Shown: positions 1 to 12,545 of the stretch, one piece after another
Layout of the letters: the number at the start of each line of letters is the position of its first letter
How positions within the stretch are numbered: the stretch's first letter is position 1
From: the human T2T-CHM13v2.0 reference genome, Homo sapiens
Assembly (NCBI RefSeq): GCF_009914755.1
Contig: NC_060945.1
Direction: 5' to 3' (one strand)
DNA length: 64,000 nt
The notes under the pieces: model-generated
Told to the model about the DNA's origin: nothing
The model's database searches: none
Seen by the model: the letters and a program-made list of their open reading frames with translations, nothing else
Position numbers and translations under genes: made by a program

Positions 1-1621
1 CTTTTGATCTCTGTTGGCTTAAGATCTGTTTTATCAGAAACTAGGATTGCAAGGATTGCAACCCCTGCCTTTTGTTACTTTCCACTTGCTTGGTAAATGT
101 TCCTCCATCCCTTTATTTTGAGCCTATGTGTATGAGATGGGTCTCCTGAGTACAGCACATTGATGGGTCTTGACTCTTTATCCAATTTGCCAGTCTGTGT
201 CTTTCAATTGGGGGCATTTAGCTCATTTACATTTAAGGTTAATATTGTTATGTATGAATTTGATCCTGTCATTATGATACTAGCTGGTTATTTTGCTCAT
301 TAGTTGATGCAGATTTTTCATAGTGTCAATGGTCTGTATAATTTGTTACGTTTTTGCAGTGGCTGTTACCAGTTGTTCCTTTCCATGTTTAGTGCTTCCT
401 TCAGGAGCTCTTGTAAGGCAGGCCTGGTGGTGACAATATCTCTCAGCATTTGCTTGTAAAGGATTTTATTTCTACTTCAATTATGAAGCTTAGTTTGCCT
501 GGATATGAAATTCTGGCTTGAAAATTCTTTTCTTTAGGAATGTTGTATATTGGCCCCCACTCTCTTCTGGCTTGTAGGCTTTCTGCCAAGAGATCCACTG
601 TTAGTCTGATGGGCTTCCCTTTGTGGGTAACTCAACCTTTCTCTCTGGATGCCCTTTATATTTTTTCCTTCATTTCAACCTTGGTGAATCTGATGATTTT
701 GTGTCTTGGGGTTGCTCTTCTTGAGGAATATCTTAGTGGTGTTCTCTGTATTTCCTGAATTTGAATGTTGGCCTGTCTTGCTAGGTTGGGGAAGTTCTCC
801 TGGATAATATCCTTGAGAGTGTTTTCCAACTTGGTTCCATTCTCTCTGTCACTTTCAGGTAAACGAATCAAACATAGATTCAGTGTTTTAACATATTCCT
901 CTATTTCTTGGAGGCTTTGTTCATTTCTTTCACTCTTTTTTCTCGAATCTTTTCTTCTTGCTTTATTTCATTGAGTTGATCTTCAATCTCTGATATTCTT
1001 TCTCCTGCTTGATTGATTCAGCTATTGATACTTGTGTATGCTTCATGAAGTTCTTGTGCTGGGTTTTTCAGCTCCATCAGTTCATTTATATTCTTCTCTA
1101 AACTGGTTATTCTAGTTAACAATTCGTCCTACCTTTTTTTTTCAGGCTCTTAGCTTCCTTGCATTGGGTTAGAACACGCTCCTTTAGCTTGGAGGAGTTT
1201 GTTATTACCCGCCTTCTGAAGCCTACTTCTGTCAATCCCTCAAACTCATTGTCTGTCCAGCTTTGTTCCCTTGCTGGTGGGGAGTTGTGATCTTCTGGAG
1301 GAGAAGAGGCATTCTGGCTTTTGGAGTTTTCAGCCTTTTTGCACTGGTTTCTCCCCATCTTTGTGGATTTATCTACCTTTGGTCTTTGATGTTGGTGATG
1401 TTGATACTATTCCTTTATGTTTGTTAGTTTTCCTTCTACCAGTCAGGTCCCTCTGCTGCAGGTTTGCTCGAGTTTGCTGGAGGTCCACTCCAGACCCTGT
1501 TTGCCTGGGTATCACCAGTGGAGGCTCAGTTGGAAATGCATGAACCACCTGCCTTCTGTGTTGATCCCACTGGGTGCTGCAGACCGGAGCTGTTCCTATT
1601 CAGACATCTTGCCAGCTCTCC
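1..1621 (-). mobile_element. LINE-1 (L1PA7/L1PA8-like) 5' portion: shortened 5'UTR, decayed ORF1, start of ORF2; continues off the left edge
   Basis: ORF1 peptides MGRNQCKKAENSKSQNASSPP (1358-1116) and ENGTKLENTLKDIIQENFPNLARQANIQIQEIQR (871-656); ORF2 ATG at 272-270; L1 5' end ggagagctggcaagatg at 1621; colinear with the L1 at 45.1-47.5 kb except for the 5'UTR gap. Confidence 0.95.
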
Positions 1622-2404
1622 TGTGATACTTTTATGAATGGGTGTAGTCCTGTCTTCTCAAGGTCCCCAAATAACTTGAGGTTCCTGGGCCAGTCAGAAA
1701 GTGACATTCTTTACTTCTTACCACAAGGACAGCAACTTTGTAAAGGACCCTTGTAGACAAGACACCAAGCCAGTCATTCTAAGGGGCTTTGCATTGGTGC
1801 TATAAAGTCAAGCTCAATTCCTTAAAGTGGTCTGGTTGTATCTGCCGTTCGAGTTAAAGACTTGATAAAACAAACAGTGTCTCCAATTGAATCCTGTTAC
1901 CAAAAATAGATTCTTATTGAAATTATGCAAATAATTATATTGCCATAATTTAGGAATGCTCACGAATGGCTTCTGAATTCTGGAGAAATCAGTTAGAGAG
2001 ACAGATAAATGGCTCAAATTTTTGTTCACAATGTAGTTTTTCTAACGTAGGGTAAGTTAAAAATAGCTGAAAAGAAAAAAAATTCTTGACTTTGGAAAAC
2101 AAAACATAAAGAGAATCAACAATGTTTCCAATGGAAGGGCCATGAATAAAATCTTTTCCTTCTTTTATAAGTTCAGTCCAATGTAACTAAATCTTGTTCT
2201 GCTTGATTTCAAAGAGCAATTCTCATTCAGTTTTTTGTGTTTTGCTTGATTTCAATTGGAAATTCTCATTCAGCTTTTTAGAGTCCTGGAAGATTTTCCT
2301 AGTCCAATGGTATGATCCCCAAAGTTATCTGAAACCATATTTAAGAGAACTTGTCAGAGTCCTTTCCATTAAAAGTAATTTAGATGATAGCTGATTGTAA
2401 AGGC

Positions 2405-2747
2405 TTTTTTTTTTTTGAGACATGGTCTGGTTCTATCACTCAGGATGGAGTGCAGTGGCATGATCTTGGCTCACCACAATTTCTCCCTCCCAAACTCAAG
2501 CCATCCTCCTACCTCAGCCTCCGAAGTAGTTGGGACCATAGGCATGCACCATCATGCTGGCCAATTTTTGTATTTTTGTAGAGACAGGGTTTTACCATGT
2601 TGCCCAGGATGCTTTCAAACTTCTGAGTTCAAGCAATTCACCCACCTCGGCCTTGCAAAGTGCTGGGATTTTTACACGTGTGAGCCACCGTGCCCTGCAC
2701 CACGCCCAGCACCGTGCCCTGCACAGTCTCCAGCAGCACGCCCGGCC
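2405..2747 (-). mobile_element. AluJ-like element with an expanded 12-bp repeat at its 5' end
   Basis: poly-T plus Alu body; flanking near-direct repeats tgtaaaggctttt / tgtaaagggtttt. Confidence 0.9.
2686..2745. repeat. 5 x 12-bp tandem repeat derived from the Alu 5' terminus
   Basis: caccgtgccctg caccacgcccag caccgtgccctg cacagtctccag cagcacgcccgg. Confidence 0.85.
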
Positions 2748-3118
2748 TGTAAAGGGTTTTAGAGAAGAACTTTAAACAATCACCGTGGATGACAAAAACT
2801 TAGAATATCCTTTGGTTAAAATCCAGTGGAAGTTCTCGACCTGCGAGAAAATTTATTTATTTCTATTATATGTAGCATTTTAAGATAACAGCCAGAATCA
2901 TGACTGATGGCAACACATCAGATCCATCAGACTTCCACAAATTTTATATAATCTTTAGAATATTCATATTAATAATATATCTATACATATACAACTTTAG
3001 AGAATATTTAACATCATCAAAATTATGACTGATACCATATTAGATTTTTATAATTTATATAACATTTAAAATATTTATATTAATAATGTACCTATAAATG
3101 TAACCAAAAGAAGATTTA

Positions 3119-3410
3119 GGCCAGGCACAGTGGCTCATGTCTGTAATCCCAACACTTTGGGAGGCCAAGTTGGACAGATCATCAGAGGTCAGGAGTTTGA
3201 CACCAGCCTGGCCAACATGGAGAAATCTTGTTTCTACTAAAAATACAAAATTAGCCGGGCGTGGTGGCATGTGTCTGTAGTCTCAGCTACTTGGGAGGTT
3301 GAGGCAGGAGAATCGCTTGAACCTTGGGGCAGAGGTTGCAATGGACCTAGATCACGCCACTGCACTCCAGCCTGGGTGACAAAGCAAGATTCTGTCTCAG
3401 AGAAAAAAAA
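3119..3410 (+). mobile_element. AluS
   Basis: Full dimer, A tail, TSD aagaagattta on both sides. Confidence 0.95.
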
Positions 3411-3530
3411 AAGAAGATTTAGTGTTACTTATCTTTTGGCAATGCTTCCCATACAATGTTATCAAATAAGATTTAGCAAAGATGTCAAAAAATTGAAAAC
3501 ATTTGACCAAAACAGAATGACAGTTTATTG

Positions 3531-3833
3531 TTTTTTATTTTATTATTTTTTTGAGACAGGGTCTCACCCTGTTGCCCAGGCTGGAGTGCAGTGGTGAAAT
3601 CATGGCTCACTGCAGCCTCAACCTCCCAGGCTCAGGTGATCCTCCACCTTAGTATCCCAAGTAGCCAGGACTATGAGCACTTGTTACGACACATAGCTAG
3701 CTTTTGTATTTTCAGTAGAGATGCGGTTTTGCCATTTTGCCCAGGCTGGACTTGAACTCCTGGGCTCAAGTGATCCACCCACCTTGGCTTCCCAAAGGGC
3801 CAGAATTACAGACATGAGCCGCTGCACACAGCC
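3531..3833 (-). mobile_element. AluJ
   Basis: Alu dimer with J-type features (gagacagggtctcac, gggctcaagtgatcc). Confidence 0.9.
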
Positions 3834-5004
3834 ACATGTCATTTTTAAATAACAGTCATTCATTTAATTAGCATGACAACCAAAAGACATCAAAAGCAAC
3901 GTAGAAGGTTACATGGATGTGATAACTGAAAACCCTCAGTTTTCCCAAGTAATTAAAAAAAAATAAAGGCAACACATGGATTATCTTGATAAAACCTAAA
4001 ATCTTTATTACAGGCCAGTCATTTAAAGGGTAAAACTCCTGTGGCATAACTGTGTCTTCTTACGGGAAACTAATTTAAATCACTTGGAAGTCAATTCCGA
4101 TGACAAGGAGACTTGAATTTAATTAGACATAGAAAGAGTGTGTCCAGGGTCATGAGTGAGCATAATATTACAAAGGAATGTCAACAGGAAAACCAGAGCA
4201 TAGAGCAGTGGGGATCCATAGCTCACAATGATAGCAAGAAAGTTTCCTGGTTACATGAAGTAATTAAGACATATTTAAAAGCCAAGAGTATAAAATTAGA
4301 CCTGATGAAAAAGCTGAAGGAGTTATCATCCCAGCCAAGCAGGAAACCCAAGCCTTTTATTCCTTCTCAAGAAGGAACAGGAGACAGTGATGTGACCTGT
4401 GAGTCATGTGTAACATGAAAGTACAGGAAAAGTTGAACTTCTGATATACAAATCTGAAAAGTTTTTATAGTAACAGATTTCAGGATTAAAAGTCAATATT
4501 TATTACCTCTTATTATGAGCAAATAAATACATTAAGAAAACCTTGTTGTTTTAACCCAAATTTTTAGTTTTTTATCACTGTTTTTAATATTATAGCTAAT
4601 TTAAATAAACTTTATAAACAATCTATCTGATCTCAATCAGTTTTGGCCTCGATGTAAGATTTACATAAACTTTTAATAACCTTGTATAATTTTTTCATCT
4701 TTCCCAACTTTTTATACACATGTAGTTTTATCTATCTTTTTTATTCCTTCAATTTAAAATAATCCTTAAAAATCTCTAAGTGAATTTACTTTCTCTGAAA
4801 CAAAAACCGGTATACATTTTGCATACAGAATTGTTTCTCTTGTATCTAGTAGTCTTAATCACACATATCTAGCAAGATATTAACACTTAGTAACCCTTAT
4901 TTTAATAAAAAACCTAGGAAGCAAGAAATCTGGAATTGTCATATAGCAGTATCTTACATATGAGAATAATTTCATAATTTAGAATTATGTGTTCCTAAAA
5001 CATA

Positions 5005-5295
<291 letters not shown>

Positions 5296-5381
5296 TAAAA
5301 CATAAGTTTTAAATTGGAAATAACCCAGATATTTAATGAGTATCTATTATTTAATTTAACATAACTAAAATTTCAAAAATA

Positions 5382-5655
5382 GGCTGGGCATGGTGGCTCA
5401 CACCTGTAATCCCAACACTTTAGGAGGCCTAGGCAGGAGTATCATGAAACCAGCCTGAGAAAACTAGTGAGATGCTGACTCTACAAAAAAAATAAAAGTT
5501 AGCTGACCATGGTGGTGTATGCCTGTAATTAACAGCTACATGGGAGGCTGAGGTGGGAGGATCCCTTGAGTGCAGAAGGTCAAGGTTGCAGTGAGTTGTG
5601 ATCATGCCACTGCACTTCAGCATGGGTGACAGACAGAGACACTGTCTCAAAAAAA
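5382..5655 (+). mobile_element. AluJ with a small left-arm deletion
   Basis: Alu dimer; TSD aaaatttcaaaaata. Confidence 0.9.
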
Positions 5656-6139
5656 TTTCAAAAATACATTAAGATGTCTTGTATAGACATTTATCCATTT
5701 ACATTTACTTATTTTTGACAGTTTATCTAGAGTATTTGTGAGAACTGAGGTATTAGACAAAGCTAGTCATCATTTCTAGGTTATTTTCTTGTTAACCATG
5801 TTATAGCCTGTGAATATCAGGTGTTCACGTAAGTGAGGACTTCAAAGTTAAATACATGGGTATTTTACCAATAACTCAGAAAATTCCATTATTTTTGTTC
5901 AACAAACCATATTAAATTGGTCTTATGTATTTAAAAAATCACATAAACAAATATTCTTTTTTCCTGTGTTTATAGCTTTATAACCTTCATGCCAAACCCT
6001 AGCACCTTAAAATATCTAGCAAATGTAAATATAAAACACAGTCAAAAATGTATGCTGACAAGTCTGAAGAGATTTCTATTTTCTATTTTTATTTTATCAA
6101 TACTTTTTAAATTATTTGTATTTATAAAAGAACTCTTTT

Positions 6140-6455
<316 letters not shown>

Positions 6456-6696
6456 GAATTGTTTCATTCTTTTGTTTTTCTTCAGCCAAGTGACCTTGAA
6501 TTAGTAACACCACAGACAGTAAGTCTTATCTCAACACCAGTAGACAAATCAGCAGATTCAAAGTAGGCAGGGAAAAAAAAAAGATAGGCAAAAGAACTGA
6601 GACTTTTTCACTTTAGGGTTTTTAAAAATAGTAACTATTTGAGTTCTGAATTTTCTTTCATGTAATTTGGCCATCAGGTTTAAAGTGTGCACTAGA

Positions 6697-7001
6697 GGTC
6701 AGGTGCAGTGGCTCATGAGTGTAATCCCAACACTATCGGAGGCTGAGGCAGGTGGATCACTTGAGGCCAGGAGTTTGAGACCAGCCTGGCCAATGTGACA
6801 AAACCCCATCTCTACTGAATATACAAAAATTAACTGGGTGTGGTAGTGTCCACCTGTAGTCCCAGCTATTCAGGAGGCTGAGGAAGGATAATTGCTCAAA
6901 CCTGGGAGGCGGAGGTTGCAGTGAGCCGCGATTGTACCACCATACTCCATCCTGGGCAACAGAGCAAGACTCTGTGTCAAAAAGAAAAAGGAAAAAAAAA
7001 G
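6697..7001 (+). mobile_element. AluS
   Basis: Alu dimer and A tail. Confidence 0.9.
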
Positions 7002-7017
7002 TATATATATATGTATA

Positions 7018-7391
<374 letters not shown>

Positions 7392-8061
7392 CTAGCAAGC
7401 TTAAGGTTAGAGCTTCTCATTTTGGCCTTTTCAAGATTAAATCTCCTTTAGTAGACCCTTCCCCTCTAGGGAGGTACTTGCCGGAGCGCTGCCTGAAGTT
7501 GGTTTTCTGATGCCCTGTTGTTTCTGTTCTGAATGGTTTATTTCTCATTATAAGAGCTCAGCAAAGCAGGCAGAGTTAAAAAGCAGAGACATGAAGGCTT
7601 TAAAATCATGGACTTCACTCCTACACTGAATCTCAGGTCCCCAGAAAGACAGAAACACCATGGGACCACAGCAAAGGCAGAAGGAGGAGTGAGAGAGGGA
7701 GGTGGACAGAACAACAAACAGGAGTTGGCTCTCATTTTTTCACGCGTGCCATTTTCTTTAGGTTTTTCTAGTTTATGGAGACTCTTTGTTCCAGTTGAGC
7801 ACACAGATAAACTAGAGATCTCACAAGGCTTTTGCTGAGAACATCAAAGCCTTTAACCTCTGTTGGGCCAAATATTTAGACCAAAAATACAGACAGACAC
7901 ACAAAAGCCAGAACCGGACCAGATTGAGTAGCTTAGTGGCTACAGCCTTTATTCCCTTTATTCTTTAGGATACGAACTCAAACCAGATTCAGGGTTCTAA
8001 CCCAACCAGGACCCCCCTGGGGTGAAACTGAAACCCCACAGTCTAGACAAGGTTGGGGGTC

Positions 8062-8355
<294 letters not shown>

Positions 8356-8478
8356 TGCTTGTTCTTTTCATTTCATCCTGATCTCCGAATACAGGAGAGT
8401 AGCTGATTTGGTGTTCACTAACAAGCACAGAAGCTTTGTTACATTTACAGTGTCATTCTTGGCAAAACCTGAAGTTTT

Positions 8479-8691
8479 GCCTCCTGGATTCATGCCATTC
8501 TCCTGCCTCAGCCTCCTGAGTAGCTGGGACTATAGGCGCCCGCCACCTCACCCAGCTAATTTTTTGTATTTTTAGTAGAGACGGGGTTTTGCCGTGTTAG
8601 CCAGGATGGTCTCGATCTCCTGACCTTGTGATCCGCCCACCTCGGCCTTCCAGAGTGCTGGGATTACAGGCGTGAGCCACCGCGCCCAGCC
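8479..8691 (-). mobile_element. AluY-like element lacking its 3' end and poly-A
   Basis: Intact 5' end at 8691; Y-type ccgtgttagccaggatggtctcgatctcc; similarity stops at ~8479 in the right arm. Confidence 0.9.
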
Positions 8692-8759
8692 AGAAGCTCT
8701 AATTTCAATGATGATTGTGCTTTTTCTCTCTTCCTCAGCATCTGGCTCATGATAAAATT

Positions 8760-9720
8760 TCAGGTGTCTTGATGGTATCTAAATCAGTTGTTGATTCAGT
8801 CCTGGAGAAACACAAGCATAACCTCTATGCCAAGTTATAATTTTACCTATTTCCCAACTTTTTGTTATTGGATCTCTCCACCAAACCAGTTGGTCTGCTT
8901 CTGTCTTTGCAGCTGGTTTCTGTAGATGCTGTTCAGCTGCTGGTAACATCTGGCCTTTGGGCAGGCTCAAAAATTTGAAAGTTAATAATGCAAGATTCAA
9001 TTGTGTATGGGCTATCCCGTAATCCCTGTTTCTCCCCATTTTTTGTTTTTATTATCAGTTGTTCATCTGTATGAAATCTTAACTGAGCATTTTCAATTAA
9101 CTGTGTGGAATGACCCATGTATGAAGAATCAGAAATCACATTAACAGGCATATCAAAAGCAGTCAACACCTCAATTACAGCTACAAGCTCCGCCTTTTGA
9201 GCTGAAGTATAGGGTGTCTGGAAAACTTTAGCTTTTGATCCAGAATAAGAACCTTTACCATTACTAGACCCATCTGTGAAACAATGAAAACGCTTAGCAG
9301 GCTGCAGGTTGTTTACTGCAGGAATTGTAAATGCAAACCGTTCACAGTCTTGCTCAGCTAAAAGGGTAGTAAAGAAACAGTCTTTTAAATCTGTGACTAT
9401 TAAAGGCCAATTTTTTGGAATTATAGTAGAGAAGGGAATCCTGGCTGTTATATTTCCATAGGTTGTATAACTGAATTGATGGCTCTTAAGTCAGTTAACA
9501 TTTTCCATTTACCTGATTTTTTCTTAATTATGAAAACTGGAGAATTCCAAGGGGAAAATGTTGGAGCTATGTGCCCATTTTCTAATTGTTCAGTAACTAA
9601 TTTCTCTAAAGCATCCAGTTTCCCTTTGCTTAGCAGCCATTATTCTATCCAAATTGGCTTATCTGTTAACCATTTTAAAGGTATAGGTTCTGGAGGCTTA
9701 ACTATGGCCACCATCAAAAA
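8760..9720 (-). pseudogene. pol: Defective HML-3 pol: RT N-terminus, RNase H, integrase C-terminus
   Basis: PPEPIPLKWLTDKPIWIE; [18 protein letters not shown]; FTDGSSNGK..TSAQKAELVAV..NVISDSSY; VWWRDPITKSWEIGKIITWHRGYACVSPG. Only ~1 kb long. Confidence 0.88.
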
Positions 9721-10600
9721 TGGTATCCTAATCTTTGGCAGGAACTTTGTCTTTCCGTTTGAAGCAGTTCTTTCAAACCTTGCAATTTTTTTTCTACTCC
9801 TATACCAGGGACATGCCCCATTTTGTGCATCATATGTTGACTTTGAGGGCTGTATAATTGTTATGGAATTAGAACTTGTGCTCCCCATTGTCATAATAAA
9901 TATCTCCCCCATAAATTTATAGGTACAGAAGTTGCAATTGGTTGAACAGTCCCAGGTTGTCCATTGGGCCCTTCACAATGCAAAGTATAGCTACTCTGAT
10001 ACACTTCTGGAGCTTTAGCAGTTTCCACTGTGTTAAATTGAGTGGGCTGAATTGGCCACATGGATGGCCAGTGCTGTAGAGAAATAATTGAAATGTCCAC
10101 TCCTACCAAAAAAAAAAAAAAAATAGTATCTACCAAACCTTTAAAGTTCTTTCCATGGATAGTTATTTCACAGATAGGATGTTTATCAGTAATTTGATTT
10201 ACCCAATAAGCTGCCTTGCCTTTTTTATTTGTGCTTCCAAATCCTCCAGTTCATTTAATTTCACTTTTTCCCATTCCCACATACGGCACACTCAGGAGCT
10301 GTGCTATGCGCACTCCTGGCTGTGCTTTCCAGGGAACAGAACTAAATATCACAATTTGAATTTCCTCATTGTAATCTGAATCAATGACTCCAGTGTGTAT
10401 TTGTACCCCTTTTAAACTTAAACTAGACCTTCCTAAAAGTAATCCCATTGTCCCTGCTCGCAACGGTCCACAGACTCCTGTTGGGACCTTTTGCGGGGGT
10501 GCCCCAGGCAGAAGGCTCACAGCTTTTGTGCAGCATAGATCTACTGCAGCACTATGGGCTGTGGTGGGGAAAGATAATGTATGGGGGTGAGGGAATGGCC
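9700..10600 (-). pseudogene. pro: Defective HML-3 pro (dUTPase + aspartic protease)
   Basis: dUTPase motifs KVPTGV, GLLLGRSSL, GVIDSDYNEEI, RIAQLL; protease LVDT..GVDISII and PINLWGR. Confidence 0.9.
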
Positions 10601-11940
10601 TGAGATGGAAATGCCCTGGTTTAGAACAGGGCCTGGGATGGGCCTCTCAGGGAGTTTTCCAAAATCGGGTTCCCTTCTTTATCAAACTTAGAGTGACACT
10701 GATTAGCCCAAAGTTTTCCTTTTTTACATTTTGGACATATTTCAGGATCAGCAGTTTTGTTTTTTCCCCTATCTGGTGGCCTGACTAGGTGATTTTTTTT
10801 TTTTACATTCTTTTTAGTATGACCATGCTTCCCACAGTTAAAACAAGCTCCAGGAAATAGAGTATTTCGTTTATCCACTCTCAGTCCTGCCATCGCCTGT
10901 GCCAACAAAGTAGCTTTATGTAGATTATCTCTGATATCATCACAGGCCTTGTTATAATCAACTAAATGTGCTTTCCCTCTGATAGGTCGCAGAGCAGCCT
11001 GGCAATAAGGATTAGCATTGTCAAAACCAATAACTGCAACACTATATCCTAAGCAGCCAAATCTGCAATCATCTTTTTAAGAGACTCCTGTAACCAAGCT
11101 ATAAAATCCACATATGGTTCTCTTGGTCCCTGTTTTATAGCACTAAAGGAAGGGTATTGTTCTCCACATGAAGTGATTTATTCCAAGCTCTAATGCACAC
11201 TCCTCTAAGCTGTTCTATGGCATCATCCTGCATGACCACTTGTGCATGTAAACCAGCCCAGCCACCAACCCCCAAAAGTTGGTCTGCAGTTATATTAATT
11301 TGAGGTTGGGCCCAGGCATTGCGAGCAGCCTGAATGGAAGCTTCATCTGCCTACTAAGTTTTAAATTGTAAGAACTGAGCAGGAGTTAGACAAGCTAGAG
11401 TGAAAGTGTCCCAGTCAGTAGGAATCATCCGACTGGAAACAGCAACATTCTTTAACAGTCCCATTTCAAAAGGAGAACCTGGTCCATACTGATTTATAGC
11501 TTGTTTAATTTTTTTGAGTAATTTAAAAGGAAAAGGCTCAAATGTAGCTATAATATTTCCCTGTTGATCTGGGGGGTGTATTCAAACAGGGAACTGCCAA
11601 GCCTCTAAATCCCACTTTTGTCTAGCTTGCTGTATTCCTGCCTGAATAGAACTAAGAGCAGTCGCTCAAGGCGCTGCTCGAACAGTCACCAGGGCAACTA
11701 CTTTTCACCCAGTGTCCTCCAGAAAAGAAAGATCTGGAGGGTCGTTTTCTTCAAAATAGTAATGAGGGTGTGCAGAAGGATAGGGATGAACCTCTCCCTC
11801 CTTTTCTGCTTTAGCTTTAGGTGACAAATAAACCTGGTCTGTAACCTCTACTGTTACTTTGTTATACTCTCCTTCCTCCTCATCATCAGTGTGAAAAAGT
11901 TCCAAGGTAGAACGAACCACAGCCCACACTTGTCCTATTG
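10600..11940 (-). pseudogene. gag: Defective HML-3 gag
   Basis: WAVVRSTLELFHTDDEEEGE matrix tail; NC zinc knuckles in ORF 10621-10908; start codon appears mutated (ata gga caa). Confidence 0.88.
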
Positions 11941-12070
11941 CTACCCTGATGCTTCCGAGCTCCCCTTCTTACTCACCACGGGGATTGCTTTAAGAGTACT
12001 CGGGTGTCCTCCAGCTAGTTCCACATTCTCCAATCGTTGCTCCAGCGATCCTTTGACCTGTATTTGAGCC

Positions 12071-12088
12071 CCCATGAATGGGCACCAC
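12071..12088 (-). promoter_or_regulatory. Degenerate tRNA-Lys primer-binding site of the HML-3 provirus
   Basis: tggtgcccattcatgggg right after the LTR end ...ctggtctcagca. Confidence 0.7.
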
Positions 12089-12089
12089 T

Positions 12090-12545
12090 TGCTGAGACCA
12101 GGTCTGTTGGAGAGACCCTAACCCAGCAGCACTAGAGGAATTAAAGACACACACACAGAAATATAGAGGTGTGAAGTGGGAAATCGGGGGGGGGGGGCGG
12201 GTCTTACAGCCTTCAGAGCAGAGCCCTGAACAGAGATTTACCCACGTATTTATTAACAGCAAGCCAGTCATTAGCATTGTTTCTATAGATATTAGATTAA
12301 CTTAAAGTATCCCTTATTCTTAAGGCACAGATCACTCATGCTATCGTTTGTGGCTTAAGAATGCCTTTAAGTGGTTTTCCACCCTGGACGGGCCAGGTAT
12401 TCCTTGTTCTCATTCCAGTAAACCCACAACCTTCCAGCCTGGGTGTTATGGCCATCATGAACATGTCACAGTGCTGCAGAGATTTTGTTTATGGCCAGTT
12501 TTGGGGCCAGTTTATGGCCGGATTTGGGGAGGCTTGTTCCCAACA
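12090..12545 (-). mobile_element. MER9 LTR (5' LTR of HML-3)
   Basis: Minus strand starts tgttgggaac..ggccataaactggccccaaaactggccataaacaaaatctctgcagcactgtgac, has aataaa and TG..CA termini. Confidence 0.92.

Larger units (their letters stand above)
8692..12089 (-). mobile_element. HERV-K(HML-3)/HERVK9 internal region, internally deleted; env and 3' LTR absent
   Basis: Betaretroviral gag zinc knuckles (CFNCGKHGHTKK, CPKCKKGKLWANQC), dUTPase, protease, RT N-terminus, RNase H and IN C-terminus in order downstream of a MER9 LTR and Lys-type PBS. Confidence 0.9.

Noticed and set aside
43-61. 9-bp tandem duplication aggattgca x2 in L1 ORF2 (also the 13-bp duplication in the Alu at ~6407-6432)
   Set aside because: Ordinary slippage events.
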